A stretch of 64,000 nucleotides of DNA from Cyanophora paradoxa CCMP329 (taxonomy: Eukaryota; Plantae; Glaucophyta), in NCBI GenBank assembly GCA_004431415.1, contig QPMI01000571.1:79293-143292 (forward strand). Reading direction: 5' to 3'. Position 1 is the stretch's first letter. Every line of letters begins with the position of its first letter. The translations under genes were made by a program, and so were the position numbers. Below the pieces are notes generated by a model. The model had not been told where the DNA came from and did not search any database. It worked only from the letters and a program-made list of their open reading frames with translations. Shown here piece by piece: positions 12,301 through 22,700 of this stretch.

Positions 12301-15300
12301 CAGGCACGCCCTTCGGGGGGCAAGTTCAACGTTCGGACGGGACGGGGTTGGAAAGGGGCGCCGCGGGGATTCGAACCGGAGCTCCTCGAGGAGGCCGTCC
12401 TTCGCCACCCCCGCGGCCGCCTTCAGGAACCTGCGCGGGCCTTCAGGGGGTACAGGTGCGGACGGCACCGATTCGGATCGCCGCGTACCCCCCCGCCTTG
12501 CCGTAGAGCCGCGGGTCGCGGTGAAGGTTGCGGTGCATGCTGAGCTCCTTGGCCCGCTGCGGTACCCCCCGCAGGACGGGGGGCCGGGGCAGCCCGCCTT
12601 TGCTGTACGCCTCCGTCTCGAGGCGGATCAGGTGCCTGTGAGAGAGTGAGAGGGGTGGGGGCGCGAGGGCGGGGCGGGGCGCGCGATCGGATGGAGACGG
12701 AGCGGGCGGCGCCGAGGGGCGGCATGCCCTCCTCGTTCTGCGCGTCCAGCGAGGCCCCCGCCTGGAGCAGCGCATCCACAAGCAGCGCGCTCCCCTCGTA
12801 GTGCCCGCACGCCCTGCCCCGCCACCCGGCTCAGCCCCGGCCCGGGCGGAAGAGGGGGTTACCGGAAAGAAAGAACGCACTCGTGGAGTGGCTCGCCGCC
12901 CGGCGGCGCGTTTGCGCTGTTTCGCTTCCGCACACAGTCCACCTTGGCGCCGCTGGGTACGCGCATCAAATCTCGAGACGAAGAAGAGCGAAGATAATTC
13001 AGCGGGGGGTACCGTTGGAGGAGAAGGCGAACGGTCGCCAGATCCTCCTCCTTTTTCGCGCCGCCGGCGGTCAGGACCGCCCACGCCAGGGGGGTACCCA
13101 GGTCCAGGACCTCCATGTTCACGTCCGCGCCCTGCCGGGGCCCTTTTCAGAAAGGAAAGGGTAGGAGAGGGGGGTACGGCACCTTGTCGAGGAGCAGCTG
13201 GACGATGGGGAGGGGCCGGGCCTTGCAGTACATCCGGTCCGAGTACCCCGTCCCTGAAGATGGATTCCTTCAGAGGAGGCTGGAGGGGTACGTCTAGTCC
13301 GGGTGTGCAAGGGGGTACCGCACCGTCGTACGGTCCGCAGCCGCAGGCAAGGTGCAGGGGTGAGCCCCAGTAAATCGCCTCGTTGGGATCCGCCCCCGCG
13401 TCCAAAAGCACCCTTGGGGGGGGGGGGGGGGGGGGGGGATGAGCGGCCGGGGTACGGGTCCCTAGTAGGCAGCGGCGCACCGGATGGTCTCGTCGTCGCA
13501 TTTGTAGAGGAACGCCTGCGGGAAAACGGGCGTCTGGTGGGTTCGAACCCGCGCACGGGGAGGGGGCGGGCCTGGGCGAGGAGGCCGTCCGTGGGGGCCC
13601 CCGCGGCCAGCAGCTCCTTCATCGCCGCCGGGTTCCGCAGCGCCGTCTGCGTCGGCGGCCTGCGAACGAAGTCGGTCGGCCGGCGGGGTACAGGCCGGTC
13701 CGGTTCGAGTCTCGTACCCCGGGGCGTCCGAGGCGTCGTCGCCCTCGTTGCGGGGGCAGTTGCCCAGGTCCGGCTTCCGCTCAAGGATTGCCCTGCCCGG
13801 GATCGGACCGGGGTGGGGCGGGGCGGGACGGGGCGGGGCGGGGCGGGGCGGGGCGCACCGGACAACGGCCCCGGAGCTCGAACGCGAGGCGAGGTTCAGG
13901 GCCTGCGGGGGGGGACCGGTTTCTCTTAGAAAAAACCGAAAGGGGTAGGGCGGGATAGAGCGGGGCGGGGGGTACGCGCGCGCCTGCCAGGCGCCCTTGT
14001 TGGCGGCGTGGACGGAGGCGCCGCGGGCCAGCAGCTCGAGGACGACCGCGTCGGGGGCGCCGTGGCTCAGGGCCGCCAGCAGGGGCGTGTTCCCCCGGTC
14101 CCCGTCCTTTGCCTCCAGGTCCGCCCCGGCATCCAGAAGGACCCTGGCCGTGGAGGGGGATGAAGGGGGAAGGGGGGTAGAGGCGCTGAAGGGGGGTACC
14201 GGACGGTCTCGAGGACGTCGCTCTCGAGGAGTGCGCGCGCCGCCGCGTGCAGCGGCTCGTCCCCCTCGGGGGGAGAGCCCCGCCCGAGGCCCAGGACCTC
14301 CCTGTACCCCCCGCCCCGTCGGGCTCCCGCTGTGGCGGAGGGCGAGGGGGGGGCCGGCGGGGGGGTACGCACTTGTCGCAGGAGGCGGCGAGGTGGAGGG
14401 GGGTAAAGCCGGCGCCGGCGCCCCCGACGGGCTTGGAGGGCAGCGAGGGGGGTACGCCCATCTCCAGGAGGGCCCGCACGCAGGCGGGTCGCGCCGACCC
14501 GGCCGCCGCGTGAATTGCGGCGCGGCCCCCCCGCGCGCCCCGCTGCGGACCGGCGTGAGCGGCCTTAGGAGCTGCGCGGCGCCCGCCCCGCCCCGCCCCG
14601 CCCTGCCCCGCGCCACGCGCCTGGTTCCGATTGTTCTGCTGCTTGGGGGCCGCCTTATCGGCCCTGAGCGGCGCCACGAGGCTCACCCCGAGCGCCGCGA
14701 GGACCCTGCCGGCGAACACGCGGTCAGCGAGGCGGCGACTGCGGGCGCGGGAAGGAGGAAGAGGGCGGGAAAGGGGGCCGCCCGCACTTAAGGACGTCGA
14801 CGTGGCCCTCGGAGGCGGCGAGGAGCGCGGCGTAGGGCCCGCGGCCCGCCACGTCGGCGCCCCTCTTCGCGAGCAGCTGGACGCACGCCGCGTGGCCCCG
14901 CTCCGCCGCGAGTTCCAGGGCCGATGCCTGCCCTCGCCGCGTCAGGGACAGGGGGGGTGGAGGAGACAGAGGGGGGGAGCGGGTGCGCGCCGGCTCGAGC
15001 TCGGAGCGCTCGCGGGAGATGACGCCCCGCGCGTTGGCGTCGGCGCCGCGGTCGAGGAGGAGCTCGATGACCTCGGCGTGGCCCCCCGCCGCCGCCTCCA
15101 GCAGGCTCGGCCACGGCCCGTCCGAGCCGCGGCCCCGATCCTCGTCTTCGCCCTCGCGATCGGCCGGCGGCTCCCCGTCCCGGGCGCCGGCCCCGCGATC
15201 CAGGAGGTACCTACAACGCGTGGCGTCACGGTGAATCGGGGCGGTACCCCCCCACGGGGCGCCCGCACCGGACGGCCTCGAGGTGGCCGTAGCGGGCGGC

Positions 15301-16681
15301 GAGGTTCAGGGGCGTCCCGAGCTGCCTCGCGAGGACCCGCACCGGCTCCTTGCGCTCCTCCACGAGGAACCGGAGCACCTCCAGGCGGCCCGCCCCCGCC
15401 GCCCCGTGCAGCGGCAGCGGTCGTTTCGAGACGAGGAGGCCCCCTGGGCCTTCCTTCGGGGCCTCCTCCTCCTCCTCCTCCTCCTCCTCCTCGCCCTCTG
15501 CCCTCGGAGGCTTCTTCGGCTTGCGCTCAAGGAGGTACCTGCGAGGCCGCGGCGCTCGGGAACGGGTTGGGACGGGGCGGGAGGAAGGGCACCGGACGAG
15601 CTCGACGCTGCCGCTCTCGGCGGCGCAGAAGGCGGCGACATGGGCGAGTGGGTGGTAGGCGCCCGCGAAAATCACCGTGTCGCGCTCGTGCTGCGGGCAG
15701 CTCCACGCCCCCTTCTTCCTGCGCTCATCCTCATCTTCCGCCGCCGGAAGCGGCGCCGGCCACGAGTCCAGGAGTAGCCTGCCGGGGCCGGGGCGGGGCG
15801 GGGCGGGCGGGGCGAGCGTGAGGGCCGGTCCGGGGGGGGCAAGACCGTGGGGGCGCCGGGGCCCGGACCGGGTGAGGACGAGGCTGCCGGCGCGGGCGGC
15901 GGCGAGGACGACTCCGGCGTAGCTCCGCGTCGGCCACGCGGCCTGCGAGCGGTACGGCAGCTCGTCATCGAAGCCCTGCCGCCCCGCCAGCAGCCTCCTA
16001 CCGCCGCCCGCGCCCGCGCCCGTCAGCCGCGCCGCCCGCGGCGCCGGCGAAGCCGCGGCGGCGCTCGGCCGCACTTGAGCGCGTCGGCGTCCCCCGTGCT
16101 GGCCGCCTTGTACAGCGCGCACGGCTCGGCGCCGTAGTCGGTGGGCGGCGCCCCGCGGCCGATGAGCAGCCTGCGGGGGCGCGCGCGGGGAAAGCTGAGT
16201 AATCGCAACTCAGGTTTTCTGAGAGATCTCACCTAAGAACTGCCGCGTGCCCGCCGCTGGCTGCGTGCCAGAGCGGCGTGCGGCCGGCCGAGTCTGGAGC
16301 GGTGATGAGGAAGCGCGACTGAGCCCCGCGGTCCAGCAGGAGGCTGCGGAGACAAGGAGCTTAAGTTCGACGTGCAGGCAGCTCGTTAAAGCGCTCAAGG
16401 CGAGTGCAAAGGCCGCGGCTCGCGCTGGCCGCGGGATATCGATCCGGACAAGTCGCACCGGCAGGCATCCACGTCGCCGATAGACGCAGCGTACGCGAGC
16501 GGCTGCACGAGCAGCCGGGCGTCAGACTGCGGCGGCCGTGCGGGGATGCTGAAGGCCGGGTGCGCACGGTTTTGCCGTCGGACGCACGCGCGACGTGCGG
16601 GTCCTTCTGAAGATCGGCACCCTCTGCATACTTGCTCCAGAACGCCGCCAGGCCGCCCTGGGAGCCGAAGCTCGCTCCCAT
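9397..16681 (-). CDS. Ankyrin repeat - TIR - TIR - coiled coil - CaaX protein (paralog A; TIR1 has Gln at the catalytic Glu position)
   Basis: Start MGASFGSQ. ANK motifs: DGKT|PLAYAASIGDVDACR, GRTPLWHAASGGHAAVLR, GTPLNLAARYGHLEAVR, GFTPLHLAASCD, GNTPLLAALSHG, WGSPLHLACG, GETALHAACR. TIR1: DAFFS...EDASFARRLLQGLEAAHVT...LRKAQALIFVV...SARCRAQLAAARRLGRPVYPVW. TIR2: QDAAFAGQFVRGLAHRGRRCWL...CAAFVPLLSPAALADPLLRDRFQ...KRPLKPVVV. Ends LERAAAERRERLARARRRAEEL...SKACSIS*. Confidence 0.85.
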
Positions 16682-16796
16682 GACCTTCCCGAAATTTGAT
16701 CGGAGGCTCGCTTACGGTGTCGGCGGTGTCGCTTGAGCCGGGATACGGATAATTCGGGCGCGGACTGTCCAGGCCCGCACGCGCGCGGCCCAGCAG
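16682..16796. promoter_or_regulatory. Putative bidirectional promoter / shared 5' region of the divergent ANK-TIR pair
   Basis: Only 115 bp separate the minus-strand ATG (16681) from the plus-strand ATG (16797). Confidence 0.6.
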
Positions 16797-19700
16797 ATGG
16801 CTGGAGAGATGGACCAGGATGCGGCCGACGAGGCGCTTATCTTGGCCGCTGCTGCCGGGGACGTTCGCTCGATAAGGTGCGCCCGCCTGCGCTTGCGAAT
16901 GCGTGCGCTTACAGCCGCCGCCGAGCTCGGGCGTGTCTAGTGCATAGAGATGAGCTCACGTGCTTTGCAGAGACCTCCTCTCGCGGGGGGCTTCCCCGAA
17001 CGCGTTTTCGAGGCGGCCGCTGAAGCGAGCGGACGGCAAGGCGATCCCTGTTGGCCGTTCCGCGCTGCATGAGGCGGCGCAAGTCGGGCATGTAGAAGCG
17101 CTGCGGTATGCCCGCTTGCGGCCGCCGCGCGGGATCTCTTCAAGTTCTGCGCAGGCGCTGACTTTTGATCTTTCTCCGCTTGCAGCACGCTGCTCGACGC
17201 GCCGCACGCCGACGCGAACTCGCGCTACATCGCCGGCCCCGATCAGTCTCGGGACCCGGGCCCCGCGCCGCTAGACATGGCGGCGGCGGCGAACCGCCCG
17301 GCGGCCGTGCAGCTCCTGCTCGACCGCGGCGCCGACGGGCTGCAGGGTGCCCTTTTCGGCGCCGTACGGGCCAATTCCGACACGGGGGACGCCGTGCGGT
17401 ACGCTTCGGAGGCCCTCGCTGCGCCCGCGGGCCGCCGACGAACACGCGGGCGGGCGCAGGTTGCTGCTCGAGCGCGGGGCGAAGGCGGGAGAGAGGGAGT
17501 TAAGCTATGCTGCACAGGCGGGGAATGCGGGGGCCCTCCGGTGCGGTCGGCCCGCCCCGCCCCGCCCCATCGCCGCCGCCGCCGCCTCACGGAGGTCTAA
17601 CGGGCGCAGGGCGGTCCTGGGAGCGATGCCGGCGGGCGAGGCGCGAACGAAGGCGATCGAATCCTGCGGCTTCTCGGCGGCCCGCGGCGGCAGCGGCGAG
17701 GTCGTACGGCGCGCCGTACCCCCCCTTTCCCCCCCCCCCCTCCGCCTGCCCGCCCCCCTCCGCCTGCCCGCCCTCGTCGGTTCAGGCCCTGACCGGCCCT
17801 CCAGACTCCTAGCGGCGGCGGGTATGCCTCCGGAAGGGGAGATCTCCCGGGACGGGTACACGTTCGTGGGGCTCGCCGCCGTCGAAGGGAAGCTCGAGAC
17901 CGTCACGTGCGATCCGCCCCCCGCCCCCCGCCCCCCCCCCCCCCCCCGCCCCGCCCCCCCCCCGTTCCCCCCTCGCGGCTCGCTGGGCCGGGCCGAGCGG
18001 ATACGGGTACGGGCCGCAGGGCTCTCGTGGAGATGGGCGCGAGGATCGCCGGCATCGTCGTACCCGGGGCCAAGGGCGGCCCCCGCCCCGACGTCATCTC
18101 CTGGGCCGCCGAAGGGGGCGATCCCGCCGTGATCCGGTGCGCGCCGGACCGGCGGTCCCATAAACTTAGCACGCCGGCCCAGCTGAGCGCCGGGCCGATC
18201 AGGTACCTCCTCTCGCGCGGGGCGGACCTGGAGGCGCGGGACGGGGAGGGGATGACCCCGCTCCTGAAGGCGGCCGCCTGCGGGCACGGCCCCGCCGTCG
18301 AGGCCCTCGCCGATGCCGGCGCCGACGTCGCCGCCCGCGAGACGGGGCCCTACGGGGCGCCCCTGCCCGAGGGCCGGGCGGCCCGCGGCGTGCCGGACTT
18401 GGCCCCGGCGCTCTCGCACCCCGGCGTCCTGCGGCTCCTGGGGGCCCGCGGCATCCCCTACGACCTCGCCGCGCAGGAGTCCGTCTTCGTCCGGGGCGCC
18501 TTCCCGATCGTCCGCCAGAAGGCCCGCCCGCGTGCCCTCACTTAAGCTTCGAGTCTTAAGCTTTTAGCTAAATCTTCAACTGAGCTGTACGGCAGTTGAT
18601 GCGGACGCCGCTGGGGCACGCCGCCAAGCGCGGGGACGCCGAAGCCGTCCGGTGCGCCCCGCCCCCGCCTCCCGACCCCTTCATCTTCGCCTCGCCTCCG
18701 GTCCCGCTTCATCCGCGCTCAGGGCGCTGCTGGCGGCGGGGGCGGACCCGAACGTCCCCGCGACGCTCATCCAGTGGAGCATGCGCCGCGAGGAGTCTCA
18801 GTGCGCTCGCCTCGTCCCGGCGCCCGTTAGTCCCTTTAGTTTCGACCGAATCGGGTGCTATGAGCTTCCGGATGCCAATGCCCCAACCCCTTCTGGCCCG
18901 CCGTGGGGAGGCTCACGCGCGCCGCTGATACGGGCCGGGGGCGCAGGCACCCGTCCTCTACCCCCCTCCACGACGCAGCCAGCGACGGCTTCTCCGACGT
19001 CGTTCGGTGCGCCGTACCCCCTCTCCCGCTGCCCCCGCCCGCCCGCCGGCGAGCGAGCGTGCGGGCGCTGCCGCAGGCTGCTGGTGGCGGGCGGGGCGGA
19101 CATGGCGGCGCGCCACGCGGGCAGGCGGCCCCTGGAAGCCGCCATCGCCGCGGGCCGCACCGACGCCGCCCGGTGCCTTCCTCCCGCTCCCGCCCTCCTC
19201 CTAGCCTTTTTTATCACATCTAACCGCCCTCTAATCTAAACGCGCTTGCTACCAGGGCGCTCCTGGAGCTCGGCTGCCCCGTGGACGACGCGGCATACGC
19301 GGCGGAGGAGGAGGGGCAGAGGGCGCCCGAGGCCGCGCTGCCCCTCGCCGCCGAGCGCGGCGACCTCGAGCTCGTCCGGTGCGCAGTCTCCCTCTGAAGA
19401 GGCCGGGGCGCCATCTCTCTTTCTAGCCTGTCTTTCTGTCTGTCTGAGCTGCTGGGGCCAGGGAGCTGCTGGCGCGGGGCGCCTCGCCGGGGGCGCGGCA
19501 CGGGCACAAGGCGGGGCCCTACGAGCTGGCCGCCCTGGGCGGCCACTTCGAAGTCCTCCGGTAAATCTTTGGGCCGCCTCTCTCTCTCTCTTTCTGAGGG
19601 GAGGCGGGCGGGCGGGCAGGGAGTTGGTGGCGAGGGCGGCGCCCCCCGCGGAGGTCGTCGAGGGCATCGCGGCGGGCGCCGCGCGCGAGGGCTCGGCCGC

Positions 19701-22700
19701 CTGCCTCCGCGTCGCCCTGGACGCCGGCGCCGACCCGCGGCGGCGCGTGAAGGAGAACAGCGCGTGGCTCACGCCGCTGCTGATGGCGGCGGGCAACGGG
19801 CACCTCGGCTGCGTGCGGGAGCTGCTGGAGAGGGGGGCGGACCCCGGCGAGGTCGAGGGGGTGCCCCCGCCCAGGCGCACGCCGGAGCAGGAGGAGGAGG
19901 ACGAGGCGGAGGGGCGGCCGCCCCCGCCCGAGTACGTGCTGGCGGGCTACTCGGCGCTGGAGCGGGCGGCGCGGGGCGGCCACGCGGCGGTGGTCCGCCT
20001 CCTCGCCTCGCGCGGGGCGCCCGTCGACCGCCCGGACTCCGGCCTCAACAGCGCCCTCGGTCAGTGCCCGGCCCCCTGCGCCCCCGGCCCGGCCCTCGAA
20101 CCGACGTCGGCGTCGACCCCCAATCTGGGCAGGCCTCGCGGCGAAGGAGGGGCGCCTGGAGGCCGTGCGGGCCCTCCTGCAGTGCGGGGCCGACCCCGCG
20201 AACCCGAAGGCGCGTACACGTACCCCCCTCGCGATCGGCGGCGCGCAGACCGCCCTGACGCGCGCGGACCGGTACCCCGGCAGGCCCTGAAAGCAAGCGG
20301 CGTGCTGGACTCGGCGTGGTGCCCCGCCCTGCACGCCGCCGCGTTCAACTTCGACATACCCTCCGTCCGGTGCGCCGTCCGAGCCGTCTTTGCCGCCTGA
20401 GCGTCCGAGCCGCCGTCTGACCCGAGAGAGAAGGGCGCTGCTGGAGGCGGGGGCGCCGATAAACCAGGCGGACGCGTCGAACCGGACGCCCATCATGCGG
20501 CCGCTCGCCTCGAGCGCCCGCGAGAAGGAGCCTCTGATGCTCAAGACCCTGCAGTGCTTTGATTTGTCTAGATCTCCTCTTGTTATCGTTAGTCTCGTTC
20601 CTCTTTGTTCGTTCGGCCCACGCCGCCCTCGCAGGGAGCTTCTGCGGGCGGGGGCCGACCCCTTCTACGGCTGGCAGGACAAGTGCACCATCGAGCAGAA
20701 CCTCCTCTACCAGGTTCGAGCCCCGTCGGGGCCCCTTTCTCTTCGTTCTCACCCGGCCGCAGGTCTCGGGCATGTACACGAAAAACCGCCTCACCATCCT
20801 CGCGTGCGTACCCGTACCCCCTCCCACCCCCTCCCCTGCCTTTCGCGCCATACCCAGGCCTGCATCACCGTACCCAGGGCGCTGGAGGAGGCGGGGCTGC
20901 GGCTGCCGACGCGGCACCCCGCCGTGGCTCAGGCGCTCGCCTTCGCACTCGCGCGCGGCGTCTACTCCGTCGCCAGGTCCGCGTACCCCTCCCCAGCCCC
21001 GCCTTCGCCTCGCTTGAGCTTCCGACGCCTTCCGCGCAGGTGGTTCCTGGAGCGAAAGGTCGACACGAACCTCGCGTACCTCTCTGACGAGGAGCGCGGC
21101 GGGCCCCACATCCGAGCGCGCCCCGGGCCCCTCCCCACTTTTAGATGAGATTCTGAGATTCTGCGGGGCAGGGCGAGACGCTCCTGCACAAGCTCCTGAT
21201 GGGCCGGCGCGAGCACGGCGAGTCCGCGGAGGACTTCGACGCCTGCCTCCGGTGCGCGCCCCGCCGGCCGGCCCGCTCGCTGGCCTGGCCTGCCCGGGCC
21301 TTGGGCGACGTCGACCGGCGCCTGCGCCTGCAGGCTGATCCTCGACAACGGGGCGGACGTCAACGAGTACTGCGAGGGCTCCTCCCGTGCGCACGCGCGC
21401 GCGCCCCGCCCTCACGCCTCTGCGCGGCTTGAGCACGCCGCCGCCTCCGCAGCGCTGCACCTTGCGGCGGGCAACGCGGAGGCGGGGGCCGAGACCGTCC
21501 GGTGCGCCCTTCCCTTGCGTCGCGCCCGTCGGTTCTTCTGCGTGCATCCGCCCCTCACGCCCCTCTCGCAGCTTCCTGATCGAGCGGGGCGCGGCGCTGG
21601 AGGCGAAGGACGCGGAGAATGACGAGGAGGGGAGGGGCCGCGGCCGCGGCCGGGGCGAGGCCCGCGGGCGGACGCCGCTGCTCGTCGCCGTCGCCGCGAG
21701 CAAGGGCGAGGATGGCCTCGAGACGGTCCGGGCGCTGCTCGACGCCGGCGCCGACATCGGCGCGCGCGACGCGGAGGGCCGGAGCGCCGCGGCGATCGCG
21801 GCGGCGGCCGCCGACCTCGAGCTGCTGCGGCTGCTGATGGGCCGCGGGGCCGGGCGCCACGCGCACGAGGGCGAGATCGTCGCTGCCGCCTGCGGCTCGG
21901 GCGGCGGCGGGCGGTACCGCCGCGGCCCCGAGACCCGCGACATCCTCGGGTGTGCCCTAGGCCTGTTCTCATCCCGTCCCGTACCCCTCTGAAACCCTCC
22001 CCCGGCCCCAGGGTCCTGCTGGAGGACGAGCTGAAGGAGGTCTCGGCGGAGGGCTTCGCCTGGCCCGCCGTCCGCCGCGACGCCGACGGCAGCCTCTCCG
22101 GCCGCGCCAAAGGGTGCCCGCCGCCCTGGCCCCCACGCTTTGCGCCCTCTCTGAAGCTCGCGGCGGGAAGGTACTCGACGGCGCTGGGGGAGGCGATGCG
22201 GGACGGGTCCGAGATGGCGGCCGAGGACGCCCGCCAGTGGGCCGACCTCCTCCTCTGCTGCCGCGGCCCGATACGCCTCAGGCGAGCGCGCAGGAAAGCT
22301 AGAGGGTGCCGCTGGCTGACGGCGCCGCAGCGAGATCCACGCGCTGAAGCCGGAGGAGACGGGCGGGGACGCGCGGGGGCCGCTGGTGGCGGCGGCGGCG
22401 CGCGTGCTGCGGCTCGAGGGCCGCGTCGAGCCGGAGCCGCCCGAGGACCCCAAGAAGAAGACGAAGAAGAAAGCAAAGTGCGCCCTCGCTTCGGTTCCTG
22501 TCATTGCCGGCGTACGCTGAGCGGGCCCGTGCCGGGCGGGCGGGGCTGCAGGGGCCAGGAGGACGAGGAGGAGGAGGCGGAGCAGGAGGACCCCGCCGAG
22601 GCGGACGCGCGGGACCGGGAGACGCCGCTGCACGCCGCCTGCCGCGTCGGCCTCCGCCTCACGGCCCTCCGCCTCGCCGCCGCCGCCACCCCGGAGACCG